Counted from the first letter of the stretch, positions 47,092 to 58,690 are shown. The stretch: DNA of 64,000 bases from Myxococcota bacterium (GCA_036229005.1 JAZAMN010000004.1:1-64000); one strand, 5' to 3'. Made by a program: numbers and translations. The notes: a model not told the origin generated them from the letters alone.

Positions 47092-48669
47092 ATGATTCTG
47101 CTCCTCACGCACCTCGCCTACGCCACCTGTCCTCAGACGCTCTACGCGCCCACCGAGTCTTTCGGTGATGCCCGCGGTGAGGTCAGCCCAGAGCTCAGCT
47201 CCCAGCTCGACACGCTGCTGTTCCCCGAGCGGCTGCCGGATCGGGCCGGGATCCGCACGGACCAGCTCGCGATCTTCCACCAGGGGGCGCTGATCTACGA
47301 GCGCGCGGCGGCGGGCTATACGCCGGAGTCCAAGCACCTGTACTGGTCGGCGAGCAAGTCCTTCACGGCGGTGCTGGCGGGTATCGCGGAGCACCGGGGG
47401 CTGCTGGACCCCACCCTGAGCGTCTGCGAGTACGTGGAGACGGAGTCCGCCGACACCTGCCAGGTCACGGTGCACCAGCTCATGGAGTTCTCCAGCGGCA
47501 TCGCGTGGCGCGAGACCTACGAGGGGGAGTCGCCCACGGCCTCGGCGGTGCTCGCCATGCTCTACGGGGCGGGCCGCTACGACATGAGCCGCTTCGTGGG
47601 CAGCCTGAACCTGCAGGACCCACCGGGCAGCACCTACCAGTACAGCTCCGGCGACACCAACCTGCTCTCGGCGGTGGTGCGCTCGGTGCTGGAGCCCCAC
47701 TTTGGCCGGGACTACGCCTGGACCCTGCTCTTCGACCCCATCGGCATCGAGTCGGCGACCTGGGAGCGGGACGCCAGCGGCACACCGGTGGGCAGCTCCT
47801 ATTTGTACCTGACCCCCCACGACGCGGCGCGCTTTGGGCACCTGCTGCTCAACGACGGCTGCTGGGAGGGCCCGGGAGGAGCGACCGAGCGGCATGTTCC
47901 AGAGGGTTGGCTCACCGCCGCGACCACCTTGAACCCCGCCGCCGCTGGGGGATCCAACCGCGAGCGAGGACCGGGTGAGAACCAGGGCCGGCAGTTCTGG
48001 GTGAACTGGCCCAACCCCGCCGAGGGCGAGGGCCCGCGCTGGTCGGATGTCCCCATGAACGCCTTCGCCGCCCAGGGGCACTGGCACCAGCGCATCTTTG
48101 TGCTGCCGGACCAGGAGCTCGTGGCGGTGATGACCGCGGACGACCGCGACCACAGCATCGACGACAACCAGTGGCTGCCGATGGCGATGGCGCTGGCCGA
48201 GTCCCGCGGGGAGAGCGCCACCAGCCCGCCGGCCTCTGCCCCCGACGGTGCGCGGCTGCTGGGGACCCTGGGGGGCTCGGGCGAGGACGTGTTCGCCGAC
48301 GTGCTCGCCGACCCCGCCGGCCTGGAGGCTGCCCTCGAAAGCGTCGAGGGCGTCTCGGTCGCCACCCCCGAGCAGGTGACCGTCGCGCTGCCAGAGCCCC
48401 CCGAGGGCTTCGTCTCCACGCCGCCCCCCGAGACCTACGACAACGCCCTGCTGATGCTGGCCACCGGTTTCGCCGCGAAAGAAGGGTGTAGCTGCATCTT
48501 CGTGACCGGCAGGGACGAGGAGACCTGCAAGGCCTACCTCAAGGTCAGCCCCGACGTGGCCAAGATCCGCGTGGACTACGAGGCCAAGCGGGTGACCTCA
48601 CGGGCGCTGGGCATGTCCCCGTCTCGTGCGCGGTGGGTGAGCGAGCGAGACGGGTGCGTACTGGAGTAG
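47092..48669 (+). CDS. Serine hydrolase, beta-lactamase/AmpC-like family, with C-terminal Cys-containing domain
   Basis: SxxK 'WSASKSF', 'YQYSSGDT', 'DAARFGHLLLNDG', 'AQGHWHQRIFVLP'. Confidence 0.88.
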   Translation: MILLLTHLAYATCPQTLYAPTESFGDARGEVSPELSSQLDTLLFPERLPDRAGIRTDQLAIFHQGALIYERAAAGYTPESKHLYWSASKSFTAVLAGIAEHRGLLDPTLSVCEYVETESADTCQVTVHQLMEFSSGIAWRETYEGESPTASAVLAMLYGAGRYDMSRFVGSLNLQDPPGSTYQYSSGDTNLLSAVVRSVLEPHFGRDYAWTLLFDPIGIESATWERDASGTPVGSSYLYLTPHDAARFGHLLLNDGCWEGPGGATERHVPEGWLTAATTLNPAAAGGSNRERGPGENQGRQFWVNWPNPAEGEGPRWSDVPMNAFAAQGHWHQRIFVLPDQELVAVMTADDRDHSIDDNQWLPMAMALAESRGESATSPPASAPDGARLLGTLGGSGEDVFADVLADPAGLEAALESVEGVSVATPEQVTVALPEPPEGFVSTPPPETYDNALLMLATGFAAKEGCSCIFVTGRDEETCKAYLKVSPDVAKIRVDYEAKRVTSRALGMSPSRARWVSERDGCVLE

Positions 48670-48952
48670 GCCCCTGAGTGATGCGCCTGGGGTGGCTACG
48701 GCCCCTGAATGACGCAGTGGGGGAGGCTACGGCCCTCGAGTGAGCGCTCTGCTGAGGCTACGCCCCACCGGTGAGCGCTCTGGCCACCGAACCGGCCCAG
48801 AATCACCCGGATTCGCCGGATCTTGAGCCGTTTTGGCCGTCTGAGGGGCGATTCGGTCACCAGATCGCTCACTGAGTGCCCGTAGCCTCGGGGAAGCGCT
48901 CATCCGCACCCCGTAGCCACCAACCCTCGCTCATTCAGACCCCGTAGCCGCC
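48669..48952. repeat. Second inverted pair of 31-bp-period tandem arrays around a central spacer
   Basis: GGCTACG at 48694, 48725, 48756; CGTAGCC at 48881, 48912, 48943; CGCTCA at 48866, 48897, 48928; inner arms gtgagcgctctggccaccgaa / ttcggtcaccagatcgctcac. Confidence 0.88.
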
Positions 48953-48985
48953 ACTGAGTGCGGCTCGGCCCTGAGTCCCCAGCGC

Positions 48986-50389
<1,404 letters not shown>

Positions 50390-50419
50390 CTAATGGGCCC
50401 CTCTCTCTGGAGTACCCCG

Positions 50420-52444
50420 ATGCAGAACCTGCTTCTCACCCTGATGCTGGCCTCTCCTCTGGCCGCTGCCCAGGACGACTACAGCATCAAGGAGAACCTG
50501 CCCAAGGGCAAGCTCAAGTACGAGAAGTACGAGTACGCGCCCGGCACCGTGGAGCTGTCCGGCACCGTCGAGGTCCCCCTCTACAGCGACTTCCGCGGCG
50601 ATCCCGCCCCCAAGCTGGCGGTGACCCTGCCCGAGAGCGAGGCCTTCCACGCCTTCTCGGTGGACCTCAACAGCCAGGGCATCTGGGTGACCGAGGGCTT
50701 CGCCGCCGCGGCGGGCGCCAAGGTCAAGGAGAATCAGGGCGGCAAGGTCGCCGTGATCCCCGAGATGCACATCGGTGAGCTGGTCCTGCGGGACGTGAAC
50801 GTGCGCATCGGCGGCAACAAGCTGGGCCTGCACGCCTTCTCCGAGCTGGCGGTGGCGCTGCTCCCCTCCGAGGGTGTGGCCCGCTTCGCGCTGGCTGGCG
50901 CCGAGGGCGAGGCGCTGGTCGCTGCGGTCGGTGAGGCCGTGCCCTACAGCAGCATGGGCGGCACCTACTTCAAGTACATGCGCGAGAAGCAGTACCTGAG
51001 CACCGACGCGATCGTGATCAACGGTCAGGTCAACGGCCAGGATGCGCTGGTGTACCTGGGCGGCCCCAGCGTCATGGTGGACGACGACATGGTGGAGGGC
51101 GAGCCCCTGACCACCTTCGGTCTGAACCGCTACTACCTCTCCCAGGTCAGCGTGGGCGGCGCGTCGCTGCTGCTGATGGCCCAGGGCTACAACAACCCGC
51201 CGTACTACCCCGATTTTGGGGGCGTGACCCTGGACAGCAGCGTGACCGCCGGCTGGGATCTGGCCTACGACCCCGCGTCCATGACCGTGGCCTTCAAGCC
51301 GGCGGAGACCCTGGCCTACGTGTCCACCTGGGACATCGAGCTCGCCGAGGCCCTGGCCGATCTGGAGGCTCCGGCCCCCGCCGAGGGTGAGGAGCCCGCA
51401 GAGGCCCCCGACCTGAGCGGCGCCCACAGGGCCGTGGCCAACCTCTACCTGCAGAACGACATGGGCACCGAGGCCCTGGAGCACGCGGAGAAGGTGGTCG
51501 AGGCCAAGCCCGAGTCCTGCAGCGCCCACCTGCTGCTGGGCGACGCCCAGTTCGCCGCGGGCAAGAACAAGGCCGCGATGGCCAGCTACCAGACCGCTGG
51601 GGATCTCTACTCGGCCTGGGCCGACAAGCCCCTGGTCGAGCGCGACGCTCTGGCCGAGGCCTCCGAGGAGGACCCCAGCCTGGCCGACAAGATCCAGACC
51701 CATAGCTGCCACGTGGCCTGGGGCAACCAGGCCGAGGTCGCCCTGTCCATGGGCGACTTCGACAAGGCGCTGGCGGTGTTCGACGAGCACATGGACCTGG
51801 ACGCGAACCTCGCCATGGTGGCCGCGCAGGCCTACCTGGCCCAGGAGCGCTACGACGACGCCCTGGCCGCGATGTACCAGGCCCGCCTGATCAACCAGAA
51901 CCTGGACGCGCAGGGCGCCCTGACCCTGGCCGTCGCACAGCACGCCAGCGGCAACGCCGGCGCGCTGGCCAACTACCGCTACGCCGCTGACTTCGGCGGC
52001 CTGGCCGAGGCCCGCGCCTACGCCAGCGCCCTGGTCGACCTCCAGGGTGCCGAGGGCGCCCTGGCCCTCAAGGAGGGCGCCCGGGTGGACGCCAACTGGT
52101 CCCTGGCCCTCGCAGAGGCGCTGGACGCTGGCTACCAGGACAGCGCCAAGGCTTGGAAGGACGCCGTCAAGGCCTACGAGCGCGAGCAGGTGCTCCGCGC
52201 TGGCGACGCCGACTTCTGGGCCGGCTACGGCATCGCCCTGCTGAACGCGGGCGACCAGGCTGGCGCCGCCGAGGCCCTCAAGGCCGGTATGGAGCTGGAC
52301 GCCAGCTCCGCGCAGGTGCTGATGCTGGCTGGTGACCTGGCCGCCGCCAAGGGCGACTACGACAAGGCGCGCAAGCTCTACGAGAAGGCCGCCAAGGGCA
52401 CCCCCATGGTCGCCACCTACGCCGGGCTGCTCGCCTCCAAGTGA
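50420..52444 (+). CDS. Secreted protein with beta-rich N-terminal domains and C-terminal TPR repeats
   Basis: Signal peptide ending AAA; TPR-like 'AHLLLGDAQF', 'AGDLAAAKGDYDKARKLYEKA'; strong codon bias. Confidence 0.75.
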   Translation: MQNLLLTLMLASPLAAAQDDYSIKENLPKGKLKYEKYEYAPGTVELSGTVEVPLYSDFRGDPAPKLAVTLPESEAFHAFSVDLNSQGIWVTEGFAAAAGAKVKENQGGKVAVIPEMHIGELVLRDVNVRIGGNKLGLHAFSELAVALLPSEGVARFALAGAEGEALVAAVGEAVPYSSMGGTYFKYMREKQYLSTDAIVINGQVNGQDALVYLGGPSVMVDDDMVEGEPLTTFGLNRYYLSQVSVGGASLLLMAQGYNNPPYYPDFGGVTLDSSVTAGWDLAYDPASMTVAFKPAETLAYVSTWDIELAEALADLEAPAPAEGEEPAEAPDLSGAHRAVANLYLQNDMGTEALEHAEKVVEAKPESCSAHLLLGDAQFAAGKNKAAMASYQTAGDLYSAWADKPLVERDALAEASEEDPSLADKIQTHSCHVAWGNQAEVALSMGDFDKALAVFDEHMDLDANLAMVAAQAYLAQERYDDALAAMYQARLINQNLDAQGALTLAVAQHASGNAGALANYRYAADFGGLAEARAYASALVDLQGAEGALALKEGARVDANWSLALAEALDAGYQDSAKAWKDAVKAYEREQVLRAGDADFWAGYGIALLNAGDQAGAAEALKAGMELDASSAQVLMLAGDLAAAKGDYDKARKLYEKAAKGTPMVATYAGLLASK

Positions 52445-52476
52445 TGCCCCAGTGAGCCGAGCGCCCGGGGGGGCGC

Positions 52477-52836
52477 TCAGCCTGCCGCGCTCCAGCGCTC
52501 CAGCAGGGCGCGGTAGAAGCCCGAGTTGAGCAGCCAGAGCTGCAGCACAAAGCCCGCCGCGCAGAGCCCCAGGCCCCCCAGGGCCAGCTTGCGCAGGCGG
52601 ACCAGCTCGCCGGACAGAGCCAGGGGGAGCTGTCCCTGGCGGACGCGCTCCCGCTCGGCCTCGATGCGCTGAAGCGCGAGCAGCGTCAGGACCAGCCCGG
52701 GGACGCCGGTGCAGGTCAAGAGCCCCAGCAGGTCCAGGGGCAGGCCGATGCCCAGGAGCACGCGGATCCCTCGCCGGCGGAAGGGCACGCCCCCACCGCC
52801 AAAGAGGCGGTCGACCCGGCGGTCTCCCTTGGCCAT
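52477..52836 (-). CDS. Small hypothetical membrane protein
   Basis: Two hydrophobic segments; directly downstream of plsB. Confidence 0.6.
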   Translation of the reverse strand: MAKGDRRVDRLFGGGGVPFRRRGIRVLLGIGLPLDLLGLLTCTGVPGLVLTLLALQRIEAERERVRQGQLPLALSGELVRLRKLALGGLGLCAAGFVLQLWLLNSGFYRALLERWSAAG

Positions 52837-52843
52837 CAGGCCC

Positions 52844-55477
52844 TCACAGGCCGTGCAGCCGGCTCTCGTCGCCGACGTCGCCGATGCGGAGCAGGGTGCG
52901 CAGCAGGTGGATGGCCTCCCGGCCCCGCTCGGGGTGCAGGGCCAGGCTGTTGTTCTCCTGGGGGACCAGGGCGCCCATCTGCTGGAGCTGCCTGAGGGCG
53001 TTGCGCAGGTTGACTGCGTTCAGGGCCTCCGGGCGGCGCAGGTCCTGGACGGCCAGGAACTGGGCACCCACCCGCTGCAGCTCCTTGACCTGCTCCTTGC
53101 TGCCTCCCTGGAGCTGCCCGGCCGCGCGGAGCACCAGGTAGTAGGACTCCAGGAAGTTGGTGGTGAGCTCCGCCAGCTCGCCCACCCGGGGCTTCTCCAG
53201 CACGGTCCAGCGGCCCTGCTCGTCGGGGGCCTGGATCGCCCCCACGTGCTCGAGCTGCGCCAGCCCGCTGCCCAGCAGGTCGGTGTCCACGGTCTCGGGG
53301 TCCAGGATGAACTCCTGGCGCAGCAGCTCGCGCTGGAAGGCCAGCAGGGGCAGCAGCTCCGGGGTGGTGAAGCGCTCCTGGCCGCGGGCGCGGATGACCG
53401 CGGCCACCAGGCTGCCCGGGAGCAGCAGGTGCATCACCGAGTTCTTGTAGTATTCCAGGGTGATGCGGTGCTTGGGCACCGGCTGGATCACCACGTCGTC
53501 GGCGCCCGACAGTTCCTCGACCATGCCTTCTCGGGCAAAGCGGGCGAGGGCTTCTTGACGGGCCCAAGAGGGGTGGACCAGGGAGCGAGAGAGCTCCGCA
53601 CCCGCCTCGATCAGGAGCTGCCGGAAGCGCTCGATCCGAGCGGCCAGGACCCGACCGGGGACCGCAGGCACGGCCTGGGCGAGCAGAGCCAGGGCCACCA
53701 GTCCGGTGGGGAGGACCACCGCCTCGTTGTTGATTCGGTCGACCAGGCGCTCGCCCAGGTGCTGCAGGCGGGCCTTGCGCTCGTCGAGCTCCAGGTGGGC
53801 CCAGTCGGCGCGGTCCTCGGCGGGAGGACAGACCTCGGAGAGCTTGATGGGGTCGCCGATGCGCAGGTAGACCCGGCCGTAGCGCTTGAAGAGGGCGCGG
53901 CTGGCGCGGAGCAGGCCGCCCACGGACTCCGCCTCTTTCTCGCCGCCGCTCAGCTCGCGGGCGTAGGGCTTCTCCTCGGCCACCTGCTCGTAGGTGATGT
54001 TGATGGGGAGCCAGCTCACCTCGGAGTCGGGTCGGCTCTCGCGCACCTCCAGGCCGGACTCCAGGGTGTAGCCCAGGATGCCCAGCTTGGGGGGCAGGCA
54101 CTTGCCCGTGCGGGAGCGCCCGCCCTCGATGAAGAACTCCACGGTACTGCCCTGGCGGAACAGGTGCGTGAGGTAGGCCGAGAGCAGCGTGGGGAAGAGC
54201 CGCTCTCCGGAGAAGCTGCGCTTGATGAAGATCGCGCCGAAGCTGCGGAAGAAGGGGCCCAGCGGCCAGAAGCTCAGGTTCTCCCCGGCGATCACGTGGG
54301 GGATCATCACCTGGTTGTCGTGCAGCACGCTGGTCATGAGCACGTAGTCCAGGTGGCTGCGGTGGCTGGGGACCAGCACGGCCACGCCCTCGCGCTTGGC
54401 GGCGCGCACCTTCTCGATGTCCTCGGGCTTGACGTCGATGCCCTGGAACAGGCTCTTCCACAGCCAGTCCACCGCCCGCTCGGCCCAGCGGATGCCCCGG
54501 AAGGACATGCGGGCGGCCATCTTCTCGTACTCGCGCAGCAGCTCCTTCTGGATGGAGCGCACCGGGCGGCTCTGGGCCTGGGACTCCTGCACGATCAGCG
54601 ACTGGATGCGCGGGCTGGTGAGCACCTGGCGGCGGGTCCAGCTCGCGGGCATCAGCTTGGGGCCGGTCAGGACCCGCTGCTCCTGGGAGATGTGGCGGCG
54701 CAGCAGGCGGCGGAGTCGGCGGGCCTGGCGCTTGGAGTCGTCGCCCCGGAAGCGGTCCTGGTACTCCTCCAGGTCCACCGGCGAGCCCACCTGGACCACC
54801 GCGGAGCGCTGCCCAAAGGCCGCACCCAGCAGCTTGTTGAAGGAGCCCCAGCTCTCCTCGGCGGCGGCCAGGGCGCGGAAGGTCAGGCCCCCCGCCTTCT
54901 CGGGGGCGCGCTGCCACTGGAGCACCACGGGGAGGAGCTGAATGGGGCGCTCCGAGCGCTCCTGGGCCTGGAGCAGCGCCGGCACTGGGTCGGGCCAGCT
55001 CTCCTCTTCGAAGAGGGTGGACAGCGAGGGTGCGCGCCGCAGGAACACCGCCGCGTGCTGTCCTCGGGCCACGCTCTGGGTGAGCCAGCCCACGTCCACT
55101 GGGTTGGGCAGGCGCCCGTGGCGGAAGAACCACAGCAGCTTGTCGCGCCCCACGGCCAGGGCGTCCAGCAGGGGAGACCACAGCGTCGTGGACACGCCCG
55201 TGCCGTAGTTGGCCAGGGGCAGGCGCCGGCGCTTGAGCACAAAGTTCAGCGCCAGGTAGTCCACCGGCGAGCGCGTGTGCATCACGTAGACCACCGGGCC
55301 CTTCGCGGCGGCCTGGCGCACGGTCTCGGCGCTCTCCTCGCTCATCTGCAGCTTGCGCATGAGCAGGCCCAGGCCCGCCAGGTGGAACAGGGCCCCAAAG
55401 CGCCGCAGCATGGCGCTGTGGTAGAGCGAGGTCGGGATGGCCGGGACGGCCTCCGGGGGCTGCAGGTCCTGGCTCAA
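52844..55477 (-). CDS. plsB: Glycerol-3-phosphate acyltransferase, PlsB-type
   Basis: Catalytic 'PSHRSHLDY', 'GAIFIKRSF', 'FFIEGGRSRTGK', 'PINITYEQV'. Confidence 0.9.
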   Translation of the reverse strand: MSQDLQPPEAVPAIPTSLYHSAMLRRFGALFHLAGLGLLMRKLQMSEESAETVRQAAAKGPVVYVMHTRSPVDYLALNFVLKRRRLPLANYGTGVSTTLWSPLLDALAVGRDKLLWFFRHGRLPNPVDVGWLTQSVARGQHAAVFLRRAPSLSTLFEEESWPDPVPALLQAQERSERPIQLLPVVLQWQRAPEKAGGLTFRALAAAEESWGSFNKLLGAAFGQRSAVVQVGSPVDLEEYQDRFRGDDSKRQARRLRRLLRRHISQEQRVLTGPKLMPASWTRRQVLTSPRIQSLIVQESQAQSRPVRSIQKELLREYEKMAARMSFRGIRWAERAVDWLWKSLFQGIDVKPEDIEKVRAAKREGVAVLVPSHRSHLDYVLMTSVLHDNQVMIPHVIAGENLSFWPLGPFFRSFGAIFIKRSFSGERLFPTLLSAYLTHLFRQGSTVEFFIEGGRSRTGKCLPPKLGILGYTLESGLEVRESRPDSEVSWLPINITYEQVAEEKPYARELSGGEKEAESVGGLLRASRALFKRYGRVYLRIGDPIKLSEVCPPAEDRADWAHLELDERKARLQHLGERLVDRINNEAVVLPTGLVALALLAQAVPAVPGRVLAARIERFRQLLIEAGAELSRSLVHPSWARQEALARFAREGMVEELSGADDVVIQPVPKHRITLEYYKNSVMHLLLPGSLVAAVIRARGQERFTTPELLPLLAFQRELLRQEFILDPETVDTDLLGSGLAQLEHVGAIQAPDEQGRWTVLEKPRVGELAELTTNFLESYYLVLRAAGQLQGGSKEQVKELQRVGAQFLAVQDLRRPEALNAVNLRNALRQLQQMGALVPQENNSLALHPERGREAIHLLRTLLRIGDVGDESRLHGL

Positions 55478-56412
55478 TCCAACCCCACGATCAGCAAGGT
55501 GCGGGCGTTGTCGCCGTCCAGATCCAGGCGCATGGCCCCGGTGTGCAGCCGCAGCCCGTCCAGCTCGGTCCAGGCCATCGGCCCCAGCACGGCGCTCTGC
55601 TCACCCTGGGTCGCCAGCACGCCCAGGTCCCGCCCCCGCTGGCTGTCGTCGTCCCAAGGGCAGGTCTCCGTTGCGTCCTCCAGGCTCAGGGTGCCAAAGA
55701 GCGGCACCCCCTCCAGCCCCACCGCCGTCATCAGGTCGGCCGAGGGCTCGTAGGCCCCCGCGCTGTCCACCCAGCCAAGCTGCAGCGCGTAGCCGGCGTC
55801 GTACACCGCGGCCCAGCGCTGCTCGCCCTCGCCAAAGAGCAGCACGCCGAGCTGGGCGTCGGCCTCCAGCGCCGGGATCAGCGCGTAGGCATCGTTCAGG
55901 CTCAGGGTCAAAGTCGCCGGGGTCTCGGGCGTGGTCGCCGCGCCGGTCTCGTCCTCCCCGTAGGCCGCCTGGGACGCGCAGCTCAGGGCCAGAGCCGAGC
56001 GGTCGCCGTCCTGACAGCCCGCATCCACCGTGCAGCCCAGCAGCAGCGCATAGCGCCAAAGCTCAGGCGCCTCGTAGCCCAGATGGGGCGCCGTCAGTGG
56101 GTCGGGGCACTCCGGAAACTCGGCGTTCGAGAAGCTGTTTGAGGAGTCGTCTGCCTCCCCAGCGTCCGCGCACAGGGTGCTGTCCCCGCAGTCGTCGGTC
56201 AGCGTCGGGTCGCTGTCATCGCAGTCCCCGGCCTCCGTCACCGCGCCCGAGGGCTGCTCGCAGGCGATGATCTTCTGGGTCTCATCGCCCAGGCCGTCCC
56301 CGTCCGCGTCCACGTAGAAGAGGCTGCGCTGCTCGCAGTCCCGAGGCGCCGCCGTGTCCTCCAGTTGCTGGAGGTAACAGCCGGTCAGGGCGGAGAGGAG
56401 GAGGAGCTGCAT
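55474..56412 (-). CDS. Hypothetical lipoprotein with putative metal-binding motif
   Basis: 'MQLLLLSALTGC' lipobox; 'FYVDADGDGLGD...ACEQPSG...GDCDDSDP'. Confidence 0.75.
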   Translation of the reverse strand: MQLLLLSALTGCYLQQLEDTAAPRDCEQRSLFYVDADGDGLGDETQKIIACEQPSGAVTEAGDCDDSDPTLTDDCGDSTLCADAGEADDSSNSFSNAEFPECPDPLTAPHLGYEAPELWRYALLLGCTVDAGCQDGDRSALALSCASQAAYGEDETGAATTPETPATLTLSLNDAYALIPALEADAQLGVLLFGEGEQRWAAVYDAGYALQLGWVDSAGAYEPSADLMTAVGLEGVPLFGTLSLEDATETCPWDDDSQRGRDLGVLATQGEQSAVLGPMAWTELDGLRLHTGAMRLDLDGDNARTLLIVGLD

Positions 56413-56440
56413 GGCCTTCAGGGTATCCGCCCCCACCCCC

Positions 56441-57505
56441 TCAGGCGAGACCTTGCAGCGCCTCGCGCACCACCTGTGTCCACGGCCGCAGCATCCTGGC
56501 CGCTCGGCGACCTCTCCAGGACTCCACCCCATCGGCGAGGTCATGCTGGCCCACGACAGCGCCCCCTTCGCCAATCCAGGCGCGCAGATCCCCCACGTCC
56601 GTGGCCACCACCGGGGTCCCCTGCGCGCGGTAGGCCCACAGCTTGAGGGGGCAGAACCAGGGGGGCGCGTCTGCGGGGTAGGGGAGCAGGCCCACGTCCA
56701 TGGCCGCGATGTGGTCGGCCACCCCCTGCTCGTCCAGGCGGCCGGTGCAGTGGACGCCGGGGGGCGGGGCCACCGGGCCGTCGCCCACCACGAGCCCGCG
56801 GGCCCCGGGGACCGCGGCCACCAGCTCCGGCAGGCGCTCCGCGCCGTGCCAGGGCTTCATGGAGCCCACGAAGCCAAGCACCAGTGTGTCCTCGTCTGCG
56901 CCGAGGAGCTTGCGGGTGTTCGGGCGGTCCCCGGTCAGAGGGGGGGTGCCGTTGGGCACCAGGCGGATCCGCGCCTCTTCGACCCCCTGGTCCTCCAGCC
57001 AGTTGGCGAGCCAAGGGGAGACGACCACGAAGCGGTCTGCGTGGCGGAGGGCGACGGCCTGGCAGCGGGCGGCGTAGGCGGGGTCGCGGAGCTCCTCGAA
57101 GCGGGCGCGCTCCTGGGCGATGGGGGCGTTGATCTCCAGTACCCAGGGGACACGCAGACGGCGCTGACAGTCACGGCCGGCCAGGGAGAAGAGGCTCCAG
57201 CGCTCGTAGACCAGCTCGGGGCGGGGGCCGCGCTGGACCTGCCGGGCGACGCGCTTGCCGATCCAGGTCTCGCGGCGCTCCCGGTAGCGGGGCAGCCAGC
57301 TCGGCCAGCCTTGGTTGCCGACGGTTTCGATGGGGACGGGGACCTGGCCGTGGACGCCGCGGCGGTCCTGCTCCAGGGAGGCCACGATGCGCAGGGAGTG
57401 CCCCAGGTCCACCATGGCCTGGGCGACCCCGCGCAGGTGGGCCGACGCGCCTGAAGGCCCCAGCACCGGGATGCCGGGGGCCGGGGCCAGCAGGGCGATG
57501 CGCAA
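56441..57505 (-). CDS. Glycosyltransferase family 4
   Basis: 'GASAHLR', 'VYERWSLF', 'LEINAP', 'GFVGSMKPWHG', 'PLKLWAY...PVVATDVG'. Confidence 0.88.
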   Translation of the reverse strand: MRIALLAPAPGIPVLGPSGASAHLRGVAQAMVDLGHSLRIVASLEQDRRGVHGQVPVPIETVGNQGWPSWLPRYRERRETWIGKRVARQVQRGPRPELVYERWSLFSLAGRDCQRRLRVPWVLEINAPIAQERARFEELRDPAYAARCQAVALRHADRFVVVSPWLANWLEDQGVEEARIRLVPNGTPPLTGDRPNTRKLLGADEDTLVLGFVGSMKPWHGAERLPELVAAVPGARGLVVGDGPVAPPPGVHCTGRLDEQGVADHIAAMDVGLLPYPADAPPWFCPLKLWAYRAQGTPVVATDVGDLRAWIGEGGAVVGQHDLADGVESWRGRRAARMLRPWTQVVREALQGLA

Positions 57506-57511
57506 GTCGGC

Positions 57512-58690
57512 TCAGGCCTGGACGGCCTGGATGGCCTGCTCCAGGTCAGCGATCAGGTCGTCCACGTGCTCGATGCCCACGCTGGCGCGGACCAGGCCGT
57601 CGGCGATGCCGATCTTCTGGCGAACGTCGGGGGGGATGGAGGCGTGGGTCATGGCCGCGGGCAGCTCGATCAGGGACTCGACGCCGCCCAGGGACTCGGC
57701 CAGGGTGAACACCTTGGTGGCCGCGCAGAAGCGCTCGGCGGCGGCCAGGTCCATGTCCAGCTCGAAGGAGATCATGCCGCCAAAGCCGCTCATCTGGCGG
57801 GTGGCCAGGGCGTGCTGGGGGTGGCTCTCGTCGGTGGGGTAGTAGACGCGGGTGACCTTGGGGTGGGCCTTGAGCCAGGTGACCAGGGCCTTGGCGTTCT
57901 CCTGGTGGCGGGCCATGCGGATGGCCAGGGTCTTGATGCCGCGCAGGGTGAGCCAGCAGTCCCAGATGCCGGGGACGCCGCCGGTGCCGTTCTGGACGAA
58001 GCGGATCCGCTCGAACAGGGCGGTGTCGGTGGTGATGACCGCGCCGCCGACCACGTCGGAGTGGCCGTTGATGTACTTGGTGGTGCTGTGGACCACGATG
58101 TGCGCGCCCAGCGCCAGGGGCTGCTGGAAGATGGGGGTGGCGAAGGTGTTGTCCACCACGCAGATGGCGCCGACCTCGCGGGCCCGGGCGGCCAGGGCGG
58201 CGATGTCCGAGACCTTGAGCAGCGGGTTGGTGGGCGACTCCAGCCACACCAGCTTGGTGCCGGCGGGGATGGCCTGCTCCGGGGTGACGCTGGTGAAGTC
58301 GACGAACGAGAACTCCAGGCCCTGGCGGGAGAAGATCTTGGTGAACTGGCGGTAGGTGCCGCCGTACACGTCGTCGCCGCAGACCACGTGGTCGCCGGCG
58401 GACAGCAGGTGCATCACCGCCGCAGTGGCCGCGCTCCCGCTGCCAAAGGCCGCGCAGTGGGCGGGCTCGGACACGCCCCGGCCCTCCAGGGAGGCGATGG
58501 CGGCCTCCAGCTTCTCGCGGGTGGGGTTCTGGGAGCGGCTGTACTCGTAGCCGTTCAGGGGCTTGCCGACGGCCGGCTGCGCGTAGGTGCTGGTCTGGAA
58601 GACCGGGGGCATCACCGCGCCGGTGGTGGGCTCGGGGGCCTGGCCGCCGTGGATGGCCAGGGTCTCGGGCTTGGTGGACTCGGTGCTCAC
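57512..58690 (-). CDS. Cystathionine gamma-lyase/synthase (PLP-dependent trans-sulfuration enzyme)
   Basis: 'YEYSRSQNPTR', 'DDVYGGT', 'WLESPTNP', 'VDNTFATP', PLP lysine 'HSTTKYINGHSD', 'AESLGGVESL'. Confidence 0.93.
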   Translation of the reverse strand: MSTESTKPETLAIHGGQAPEPTTGAVMPPVFQTSTYAQPAVGKPLNGYEYSRSQNPTREKLEAAIASLEGRGVSEPAHCAAFGSGSAATAAVMHLLSAGDHVVCGDDVYGGTYRQFTKIFSRQGLEFSFVDFTSVTPEQAIPAGTKLVWLESPTNPLLKVSDIAALAARAREVGAICVVDNTFATPIFQQPLALGAHIVVHSTTKYINGHSDVVGGAVITTDTALFERIRFVQNGTGGVPGIWDCWLTLRGIKTLAIRMARHQENAKALVTWLKAHPKVTRVYYPTDESHPQHALATRQMSGFGGMISFELDMDLAAAERFCAATKVFTLAESLGGVESLIELPAAMTHASIPPDVRQKIGIADGLVRASVGIEHVDDLIADLEQAIQAVQA

